Shown: positions 1 to 7,829 of the stretch, piece after piece
Layout of the letters: each line of letters starts with the position of its first letter
Position numbering within the stretch: position 1 is the first letter of the stretch
NCBI GenBank assembly: GCA_043228905.1
Contig: JBHGNT010000897.1
Coordinates: 1 to 14,127 of the forward strand
Length of the DNA: 14,127 bases
Direction of reading: 5' to 3'
DNA from: Azolla caroliniana
Lineage: Eukaryota > Plantae > Polypodiophyta
Translations under genes and position numbers: made by a program
Notes under the pieces: model-generated
Databases searched by the model: none
The model's input: only the letters and a program-made list of their open reading frames with translations
Told to the model about the DNA's origin: nothing

Positions 1-1699
1 ATAGCTTTTCCTTCGCCTGTATCACGTCCTCCGGCCTCCGCTCGAGTTGCCGAATCCGCGCCGCTAGCAACTCCTCCCGACTCATTTCGTCCTTCCAATC
101 TACCGCCGCCCACGAAGAAACCGTCCGTTCCACCGGCATGATCGGCTTTTGTCCGTACATTAGCTCCGCCGGCATGAACCCTGTCACCGAACTGTGCGTA
201 GTCCGGTCCGCCCATAGCGCGTAAGGAAGGAGTCACGGCCAATTCCTGACCTGCCCACCGCATGCATGCACCAACGCCTTTACAATCGGTCTGTGCCCAC
301 GTTCCACCTTTCCTTTCGCCTCCGGATTGTACGCCGTGGTGAGGGAGAGTTTGACGCCTAGCCGGTCGAACAACTCCTCGGCCTCCCGCGCATCCAGCTC
401 TCCCCGATCCGCCACGATCCTCCCAACGCACCCGTACCGACACACTAATTCTTCGATCAGGATTTGGCATACCGCCGCGGTTGTCTTGCTTTGCATTGCA
501 CGACCTTCCACCTGGTTCGTCATGTCTTCCCGTGCAAGCACCAGGTATCGCATCTGTCCTACCGCCATCGGCATTGTCACCAAGTCCACCATCCACTTGA
601 AATGGACCGTAGGCGGGTAGGTCGGGTGTAGCTCGGGTGTAGCTCGGGTGTAGCTCGTCTCGGTGTCGGACTACGGAGTGCACCTGACAGCTTTCGCAAG
701 TCGTTACGAACCGATGCACGTCCTGGTATAGCCCCGGCCACCAGTACTTCTCCTTTAGCTTCTCGAACGTGGCCCACGTTCTGCGGTGTTCGGCCCATGG
801 GCTCTCGTGGAATGCCGCCAATAGTTTCCTCTGCTCTTCTTTCTTTGCCACTACTCGGAGTGGGATGCCGCCTCTCTTCTTTGGGTGTTTCCATATGCAC
901 CCGTCCCGCATGAAGAATCGGTATGCCTTCCTCCGTATCCGGCTCGCCTCCTCTCTCGCCCATGCTGTGTCTGGCGTCATCGTCCATAGGAACCTCCCGA
1001 TTTGGAGCCACTCCCCGTCGTACCTGCTTTTGTCAAATTTGTTAAGCGCTAGAGTGTTCCATTTCCTTCTTGTCGTTACGTTAGCCGACCTGAAGAAGTC
1101 CTCGCCGACTTCTTCGTCTTCCGAAACCATGTCGTCTTCGTCGTTGAACCTTGCCCTCGAAAGCATGTTGGCCATGGTGTTGTCCTTTCCGGAGATGTGT
1201 CGTATCTCCGGGTTCAGGGACTTAATGTATGCAATCCACCGGAGCATTGCTAGGTCCGGCGTCGCGCATCCGGAAACCATGCCAAGTATCGGCAGGCAGT
1301 CCGTCTCGATAATCACCTCCGTCCGGATCAGATAATCCTTGTCGGCCTTGACCGCCGAAACGACACCCCAAAGTTCGCGCTTAACTTGGGCGTACCCTTG
1401 CTGCCGCTCGCTCAATACCTTCGCCCCGAACCGGATCGGGAATCGTACGCCGCCCTTGTCCTCCTGACTGTTTACCCACCCGATCCCGGTCGGGCTGGAG
1501 TCCACCGTTACGCAGATGGGAACATCCTTGCCGTAAACCGCTTTACGAAGAGTTGGCGCTGCCGTAAGCGCCTCCTTTAGTCTCCGAACCGACTCCGTGT
1601 GCTCCGTCCTCCACTCAAAGCTACGCCCCTTTTTCAATAATCCGTAGAGGGGTTCCGCGACATGTGCGTAGTGCGGGATCCAGATGTGGTAGAACGCGC
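1..1699 (-). pseudogene. pol: Ty3/gypsy pol of host element A, 3' part: RT thumb/connection, RNase H, integrase (HHCC finger and DDE core); runs off the window
   Basis: Minus-strand translation: AFYHIWIPHYAHVAEPLYGLLKKGRSFEW (from 1699), RNase H VDSSPTGIGW...RELWG...ETDCLP, integrase H..H..CESC, then core MVDLV..VADRG..KVERG (ORF 233-592). I found no stop in 658-1699. Lesions: 22-bp repeat-expansion frameshift at 622-657 and TGA at 233-235, after which homology continues (LLPYALWADRTTHSSVTG). RT-RH-INT order is the Ty3/gypsy arrangement. Confidence 0.93.
622..657. repeat. 11-bp tandem repeat (TCGGGTGTAGC x3) frameshifting the integrase
   Basis: Exact copies at 622, 633 and 644, plus TCG. Removing two copies (22 bp) puts the zinc-finger frame and core frame back in register. 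Confidence 0.95.
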
Positions 1700-1764
1700 T
1701 GTCGTGAAGGATTTGCTTCACGATATAAAAATAAACTTGAATATTGTATTAAGTAACATTTGAG

Positions 1765-1818
1765 AGACTTGAACCCGTAACCTCACACACCAAGGATAAA
1801 GCATATACCATTAGGATA
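1765..1818 (-). promoter_or_regulatory. Degenerate tRNA-like Pol III internal promoter (A box and B box), minus strand, in LTR (second copy at 4647-4700)
   Basis: Minus strand reads TATCCTAATGG...AGGTT ACGGG TTCAAGT C. The distance from the A-box T to the T-loop T is 45 nt, which is tRNA-like. Stems are not preserved. Confidence 0.5.
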
Positions 1819-2094
1819 AGTAATTTTCTATAGTTATATTTTTATCACAATACTTATGACATGTGTATCTTCATACATTAGAGCTTAGATGAGCATGATG
1901 GCTATCATGCATCACATGTAAAGCATGTGCGCCAAATGGCAATCATGCATGCCATGCATGCCATGCACCCCCATATCATCATATGCATGAGAGAACCTAT
2001 AAAGAGAGGCAAGGAATTAAGGGATGGATCAAGGGGAAAATAGGGTAATCGATCAAGAGAGAGTGAGAAAATAATACAATCAATTAAAGAAGAC

Positions 2095-2149
2095 TAGCTC
2101 ATTGGGTGGAGAACCTCTCGTTTCGAAGTTGAGGTCGTGGGTTCAAATC
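2095..2149 (+). promoter_or_regulatory. Degenerate tRNA-like Pol III internal promoter (A box and B box) in LTR (second copy at 4975-5029)
   Basis: TAGCTCATTGG (A box) ... AGGTC GTGGG TTCAAAT C (variable loop, T stem, B box). 47-nt T8-T54 spacing and partial D stem GCTC/GAGA; acceptor and anticodon stems do not pair. Confidence 0.65.
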
Positions 2150-2459
2150 AAGGGTCGATAGAGAATGTGTTCAGTTTGTGATCGAGGATTGTAAAGTTGG
2201 TAAAATATTATATTTTTAATATACATCATGTTTATATCATATACTCTTGTTCCTTGAATCATACTTTGTCTCAATCTTCTTTCTAGAATCATCTCTCCCT
2301 CTCTCGCACACACACACATTACTCGTAACTCTTCTTCTTACTATCCTTAACCACTCTATCATCACCATACAAGCCTTATTAAAAGTTAAGTTTCTTCAAC
2401 TCCCCTTAACCTTAGTCCCCGCGACTTCGTCGCACGAACCACAACTACCCCGACACATT

Positions 2460-2477
2460 TGGTGAACCCGACGTGAA
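2460..2477 (+). promoter_or_regulatory. Primer-binding site of element B, complementary to tRNA-Trp
   Basis: TGGTGAACCCGACGTGAA, 4 nt after the LTR; reverse complement of the plant cytosolic tRNA-Trp 3' end (...TTCACGTCGGGTTCACCA) as I recall it. Confidence 0.9.
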
Positions 2478-2494
2478 GGCGACGACGAGGAGAA

Positions 2495-3427
2495 ATGGAG
2501 GAGCAAATGAGGCTTATGTGTACGATGATGGAACGAGTGATGCGGGAACAAGGGATGATGGCAAGCATCGACAAAGTCGTCGACAATATTCTCGCACGAG
2601 TAGGAATCTTCGAAGGTATAAATTTAACAAGATTTCTGAAGATTTATAATGAAGAAATGCTTAAACGTGGTGTCGACGAAGCTGCAAAAATTAATAGCTT
2701 TAGTCGAGTCACTGCGATTGGGCTACAAGAAAGGATCCAGGAGCTACAGAGGGAACATCAGACATGGGTGACTTTCGAAAGAGCATTGCTAAATGAATAC
2801 AACCTCAACGATATGTCAAGGATGACTAGGCGAGCCTTCATGGATTGGGTAGAGTCTAATAAACATTTAAGTGTTTTGGAAGTATTAAAAGAGTTTTCTG
2901 AAAGATTTGAGCAACTAAATGTTAGAGATAGAAATATAATAGTGCCAGATAAAGTCATATTGTTTCTACAAGCTACTAATATTAAAGACAGGAAGGACTT
3001 GGGAATGCTTTTAGAAGATCAAAATAGTCCAAGTGGACTTATCGAAGACTGGGAGGAGGTGAAAAGGGTGTGCGCCCATTTCTGCAAAAGAAAGTTATGG
3101 TTTATGGAGTTGCCCGACAGAAATGATGAAGAAATGGGGAATGAGTCGGGAGAAAAGAAAGTAGAAGAATCACTCTTACACGAATTGGTGAAAGGCATGA
3201 AAGACTTGTCGATCAAAGTGACGAAGCTAGAATCGGGACAAAGCTCGACTTCATCAAGGCAGGGAGGTAGAATGGTCCGAAGGTGTATGTGGTGTGATAG
3301 TATCGACCACCAGAAGCAAGATTGTCAAGAGCATAGGGATGCTCTTAATCATAATAAAATCTATTATCAAGATGGCAAGATTCACTCGACAGAGACTCGA
3401 CAACCACTTCAACTCAACTTTGGGTGA
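2495..3427 (+). CDS. gag: Gag (capsid-like region and CCHC zinc knuckle) of element B
   Basis: 310-aa ORF starting just after the PBS; CMWCDSIDHQKQDC = CX2CX4HX4C. Ends at a TGA that is in frame with the next ORF. Confidence 0.9.
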   Translation: MEEQMRLMCTMMERVMREQGMMASIDKVVDNILARVGIFEGINLTRFLKIYNEEMLKRGVDEAAKINSFSRVTAIGLQERIQELQREHQTWVTFERALLNEYNLNDMSRMTRRAFMDWVESNKHLSVLEVLKEFSERFEQLNVRDRNIIVPDKVILFLQATNIKDRKDLGMLLEDQNSPSGLIEDWEEVKRVCAHFCKRKLWFMELPDRNDEEMGNESGEKKVEESLLHELVKGMKDLSIKVTKLESGQSSTSSRQGGRMVRRCMWCDSIDHQKQDCQEHRDALNHNKIYYQDGKIHSTETRQPLQLNFG

Positions 3428-3445
3428 GGAGGAAGGAAAAAGCTA

Positions 3446-4543
3446 ATGGAAGATGCTGAGAGAGAAACGACTCAAGCGATACAATCCGTGGCAACCTTAG
3501 GATTGCGTGTAGAAGACTCATATGGTGGATCTGGCTTTTGGCAAGATGTGATGGATTATGCAAGAAAAGGGAAGGTTCGAGTGGATGAATTAAAAAGAGT
3601 GGGAGATGAAATACGAAACTTCACTGGATGGAATGATCCAGTAGACGCGCTATCAGCATTCGCCCAAGTGAATGCACAAGATGTACTAGTGGAAAAGAAG
3701 CAAAAGAGAGCTGAGGAGGATGATCCGGCAATGAAACACGAGACACAAGAACAACTTCAGAGAAGAGAGATGGAAAAGATTGCTCATGAGTCGAAAGAAG
3801 CTGATAAAGTAAAAGGGAAGACAAACCCAACTTTTAAGCTTGCTTCGGACACAGAAGTCACGACGGATATAAAACATGTCATGGAAGAAGTTACGAGAGA
3901 ATGTGCAGCAACAAGTCTCCAAGATTTGGATCATGAATCCATCAATATTGTAGGTGTAAAGAAGATAAATGATGTTGGGATTCATGAAGGGGATAGGAGT
4001 CATTATACAAAGAACCATTGGGCTCAAGCAACAACGGAGGCGCCTACAAAAATTACGGAGCAACAGATTCCTTGTATTGCTTTGATAGATCATGGATCAG
4101 AAATTAACATGATGTCATCGGAATGTTGTGCTCAAGGAAGGTGGCCAATCGATAAGAATCATGGGTCGAAGAAAAGAGTTACAACAGAGATGACGGAGGA
4201 TCAATTCGGAGCATGTCCCAGTGTGAAAGCAACAATGGGAGATGTGTCGGTGGATGAAAATTACTATGTGCAAGATGGATCAACCTACCCTGTCATCCTT
4301 GGTCAACCATACATCAGCGTAGTGAGTATGGAAACAAAGGATGGTGAACCATACATCAACGTAGTAAGGATGGAAAGAATTGTGATTAATGATGATTCAA
4401 CTTTCGCGAGGATCAAGAGTCGGGATGGAAGGAAGAAGGGCCATATCTTAACCATGATGCCTAACCATGAAAGAAACAAAGAATGCTTGAGGGGACATCC
4501 AGTTCAGAAACGGAATGAAGAGTTTTTCCAAGACTTTGGATGA
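3446..4543 (+). CDS. Gag C-terminal spacer and retroviral-type aspartic protease of element B (in-frame continuation of gag)
   Basis: ALIDHGSEINMMS (catalytic D-x-G) and PVILGQPY (ILG motif). Same frame as 2495-3427, separated only by TGA-GGRKKL. Colinear with element A's protease region. Confidence 0.88.
   Translation: MEDAERETTQAIQSVATLGLRVEDSYGGSGFWQDVMDYARKGKVRVDELKRVGDEIRNFTGWNDPVDALSAFAQVNAQDVLVEKKQKRAEEDDPAMKHETQEQLQRREMEKIAHESKEADKVKGKTNPTFKLASDTEVTTDIKHVMEEVTRECAATSLQDLDHESINIVGVKKINDVGIHEGDRSHYTKNHWAQATTEAPTKITEQQIPCIALIDHGSEINMMSSECCAQGRWPIDKNHGSKKRVTTEMTEDQFGACPSVKATMGDVSVDENYYVQDGSTYPVILGQPYISVVSMETKDGEPYINVVRMERIVINDDSTFARIKSRDGRKKGHILTMMPNHERNKECLRGHPVQKRNEEFFQDFG
4301..4384 (+). 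repeat. Diverged 42-bp (14-codon) tandem duplication in the protease
   Basis: GGTCAACCATACATCAGCGTAGTGAGTATGGAAAC vs GGTGAACCATACATCAACGTAGTAAGGATGGAAAG (GQPYISVVSME / GEPYINVVRME). Confidence 0.9.
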
Positions 4544-4569
4544 ACTTTGCACAACTAGTGTGCAAGTTC

Positions 4570-4581
4570 AGAGGGGGTGGG
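4570..4581 (+). promoter_or_regulatory. Polypurine tract of element B
   Basis: AGAGGGGGTGGG directly abutting the TG of the 3' LTR. Confidence 0.88.
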
Positions 4582-5335
4582 TGTCGTGAAGGATTTGCTT
4601 CACGATATAAAAATAAACTTGAATATTGTATTAAGTAACATTTGAGAGACTTGAACCCGTAACCTCACACACCAAGGATAAAGCATATACCATTAGGATA
4701 AGTAATTTTCTATAGTTATATTTTTATCACAATACTTATGACATGTGTATCTTCATACATTAGAGCTTAGATGAGCATGATGGCTATCATGCATCACATG
4801 TAAAGCATGTGCGCCAAATGGCAATCATGCATGCCATGCATGCCATGCACCCCCATATCATCATATGCATGAGAGAACCTATAAAGAGGCAAGGAATTAA
4901 GGGATGGATCAAGGGGAAAATAGGGTAATCGATCAAGAGAGAGTGAGAAAATAATATAATCAATTAAAGAAGACTAGCTCATTGGGTGGAGAACCTCTCG
5001 TTTCGAAGTTGAGGTCGTGGGTTCAAATCAAGGGTCGATAGAGAATGTGTTCAGTTTGTGATCGAGGATTGTAAAGTTGGTAAAATATTATATTTTTAAT
5101 ATACATCATGTTTATATCATATACTCTTGTTCCTTGAATCATACTTTGTCTCAATCTTCTTTCTAGAATCATCTCTCTCTCTCTCGCACACACACACATT
5201 ACTCGTAACTCTTCTTCTTACTATCCTTAACCACTCTATCATCACCATACAAGCCTTATTAAAAGTTAAGTTTCTTCAACTCCCCTTAACCTTAGTCCCC
5301 GCGACTTCGTTGCACGAACCACAACTACCCCGACA
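4582..5335 (+). repeat. 3' LTR of element B (754 bp)
   Basis: By eye it differs from the 5' LTR at three C/T sites (2077/4957, 2298/5178, 2431/5311) and one 2-bp GA indel after the TATA box. Confidence 0.97.
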
Positions 5336-6665
5336 ACGCCGACTTTTCCCCGGAGAAGGTGAGCCTTGCGCGCTCTAGTCTTTGCAGCACCTTCTCGCAG
5401 TCATCGATGTGGGACGCCAGGAAATTCCGACATCCGTCCGGCCCGATTGCCTCGTCCCTTTTCTCCACAGGGCATCCCTTGATCGGGATGTTGTCTAAGA
5501 ACGACATGGTGATGTCCGGGATACAATCCCTGAGCACTTTGTTCATCGCGTTCACCATGTGAGCCATTGAGTTCGTCCCTCCTTGTGGCAAGGTACATAT
5601 CCGCACTAGGCCGAGAGGAGTCCGCATCGTCCTAATGTCTCTGCTCTCCACGGCTAGTTGGAACTGATCGTACCTCGAGTACAGATCACCGACAGAATAG
5701 ATCGACCTTCCAGCGAAGGCCTCTGCGAACTCGTCTATGGTCGGTCCGATCCCTGCATTACGGATGGTCACCTTGTTGACCGGTTGTAGGTCCTGGATGA
5801 AGCGCAGTGTGCCGTTCTTCTTTGGCACCGTAAACCACCGATTCGAATACAGGGCACTCGACGGTTCGAGGATGCCCATCTCCACCTTTTGCTTTAGGAG
5901 CTCCATCAACTTCGGGATGTGAGCTCTTGGCACCGGAATCAGGATGAGATTCCACGGTACATGCGGTACCGTGAAGATCACCATCGGTTCGACAACTGTC
6001 GGGTCTACGCACCCGATCTCCTCTGGTGAGAATGCGAAAGCCTTCCCTTGCCTCCTGAGCATTCTCCGAAACCGGTCCTCCTCCGCCGGCAGTAGGAAGC
6101 CGCCCCCACCGACCTTGAGCTCCCATAGCGTTATATCGGTGAACTGGTGCCCTATGCCAGCCGGATTTCGTAAACTTGGGTCCGACGCGACCCCTTTTAT
6201 CCGCTCCTCGCTGCCCTCCGGCAAGGGTGCCGCGATTAGCCTCACCTTCCGGTCCACAGTCTTGTATTTCGTATCAACGCGGGCCGTGCGATCCGACCTG
6301 ATCCTTTCCTCGAAGTCTGCGATGACTTCGTACATTCCCATCGACCCTACCAGAACGGTCCAGTCTTCCCTAAGGTCTTCACCGATCACCTTTTGTAGTT
6401 CGCCCAAGGTGTCGTCAAAAGAGACCGCCTCCACGGTGCCGCTGATGTCCTCGTCGGGGAAGAGGATTCCACATCCCCTGAGCCGCTCCTTCGCTCGCTT
6501 CCTCTCCCTGCCATTGACGCTGGTTATAGTACAACCTCTGCTGTCGGAGAACCAAAATTTCCTACCTATGGTACAGGTCTTCTTCTGTACTGTACATTTG
6601 TGGGGTTCTTCCTTGTTGTCCGGACTATCGCGGCCCCACGCCTTGACAACCCTCTCTAAAAATCC
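5336..6665 (-). pseudogene. pol: Ty3/gypsy pol of element A, N-terminal part including reverse transcriptase; interrupted by element B
   Basis: WFTVPKKNGTLRFIQDLQPVN, GDLYSRYDQ, LPQG, FLDNIPIKG (YxDD-equivalent motif reads FLDN, so probably inactivated), ending GEKSA at the LTR. The frame is open upstream of the called GTG (6434) back to the slippery site at 6665. Confidence 0.93.
6600..6665 (-). promoter_or_regulatory. Putative -1 programmed ribosomal frameshift signal (slippery heptamer and pseudoknot) between gag-PR and pol of element A
   Basis: Minus strand G GAU UUU UAG; pol is in the -1 frame with no stop; downstream complementary pairs GUUGUC/GACAAC and GUGGGG/CCCCAC are interleaved. 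Confidence 0.7.
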
Positions 6666-7110
6666 CCTCGGGTTTCGCTGCCGAGGGCCTCGCGGTTACG
6701 CTCATGGTTTGGTCGCACCATTAGGAACTGGATCGAGTGACGCCCATCCTGGCTCTTGACTCTTGCATAGGCTGAACCGTTGTCCAGCACCTTGGTCTCC
6801 ATCCATGCCGCCGTGATATATGGCTCTCCTAGTATAACTGGATGCGAGGACGTCTCCTGCACGAAGAAGTGCTGGTCGATCTCGACATCGCCGATTTTCA
6901 CCCATACATTCGGACAGGCCCCATGTAGTTCTTCTGTGGCGCGTGTCGTTGCCCGTATCTTCCATCCATGCTTGGTGTACCAACGCCACCACCGGTTCCA
7001 GAACGTTGCCGATCCGTACAGGGGTTTCCGTAGTCGCCCTGGCCCAATGCGGCTTCGTGTAGTGGCTTCCCGCCAGCTCATCTTCCAGGGCTCCGTCTTC
7101 TAGGTGCGTG
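6656..7110 (-). pseudogene. End of gag and aspartic protease of element A; catalytic motif deleted, 5'-truncated
   Basis: HYTKPHWARATTE...EPVVALV, then a frame change at ~6978, then TKHGWKIRA...PVILGEPY...PNHERNRE...DF*. The DHGSEIN segment seen in element B is absent. Confidence 0.88.
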
Positions 7111-7743
7111 GTACTCCACGCGAGAGTGGAAAGGGAATCCGGCAAGAAGCTGAAAGCGATACGAGCGGATAACGGAGGGGAATACCGGGGGCAGTTCCAG
7201 GAGTACTGTCGCTCGAAGGGAATCCGACTCGAGTTTACTGTGCCGAAGACACCGGAACTGAACGGGCTGGCCGAGAGGATGAACCGGACCATAATGGAGA
7301 GGGTCCGGAGTATGCTGGCGCATGCGAAATTACCCAAGGGGTTTTGGGCTGAGGCAATGTCGATGGCGACATACGTGATAAACAGATCACCCTCAGTACC
7401 TTTGGACGGAGACACGCCGCAGAAAGTGTGGACCGGTAAGAAAGTGTCCTACCGGCATCTGAAGGTGTTCGGGTGTCTCGCATACGTGCATGTGGCAAAG
7501 GACCGGAGAGGAAAGCTAGATCCAAAGACCCGGCCATGCATATTCCTCGGTTACGGCGATGACGAGTTCGGCTACCGAGTATGGGACCCGGTCGACAAGA
7601 AGATATTCAGGAGTCGAGACATCATCTTCATGGAGGACAAGACACTCGCCGACTGGGAGTCGGAGAAGAAGGTAAATAGCTCCAAGTCGACCGGTGAGGA
7701 TCCACTCTACAAGGAGCAGTCCCGACCGGCAAGGGACCGGTAG
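7108..7743 (+). pseudogene. pol: Copia integrase (partial core and C-terminal GKGY-type region)
   Basis: IRADNGGEY...PELNGLAERMNRT...FWAEA...FGCLAYVH...CIFLGY...GYRVWD. A frameshift between 7698 and 7740 separates it from the RT frame; the first few codons overlap the junction with element A. Confidence 0.93.
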
Positions 7744-7829
7744 GCCTCGAGGATCCGGCCGAAGACGGTGAAGAAACAGAACCGGCCGAAGAAGATGAAA
7801 ACGATACCGGAACCGGCCCCGATCCCGAA

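Larger units (their letters stand above)
1700..2455 (+). repeat. 5' LTR of element B (756 bp)
   Basis: Direct repeat of 4582-5335; TG...CA ends with 5-bp inverted termini TGTCG/CGACA; followed by PBS; TATAAA at 1998-2003. Confidence 0.97.
1700..5335 (+). mobile_element. Element B: non-autonomous LTR retrotransposon encoding only Gag and aspartic protease (TR-GAG type, Ty3/gypsy-derived), nested in the RT of element A
   Basis: Two near-identical LTRs (TGTCG...CGACA), PBS, PPT, and gag-PR coding region; no room for RT/RH/INT (stop codon at 4543, PPT at 4570). Confidence 0.95.

Noticed and set aside
769-1335. 188-aa plus-strand ORF (also 5944-6759, 7628-8272, 7944-8534, 8741-9253)
   Set aside because: Antisense shadows of GC-rich pol sequences with no recognisable motifs.
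1694-1699. ACGC as a TSD for element B
   Set aside because: On the left it is separated from the LTR by GC, and the two flanks come from different parts of the host RT.
2088-2160. Functional tRNA gene (TTC falls at the anticodon position)
   Set aside because: Acceptor, anticodon and T stems do not pair; kept only as a promoter-like remnant.
2247-2465. Duplicated small hydrophobic ORF (also 5127-5378)
   Set aside because: Lies in the CT-rich U5 of the LTRs; TTG start; compositional artefact.
7695-7743. Programmed frameshift between copia integrase and RT
   Set aside because: Copia pol is normally one frame and I see no convincing slippery site with a stimulator; most likely a random indel in the linker.
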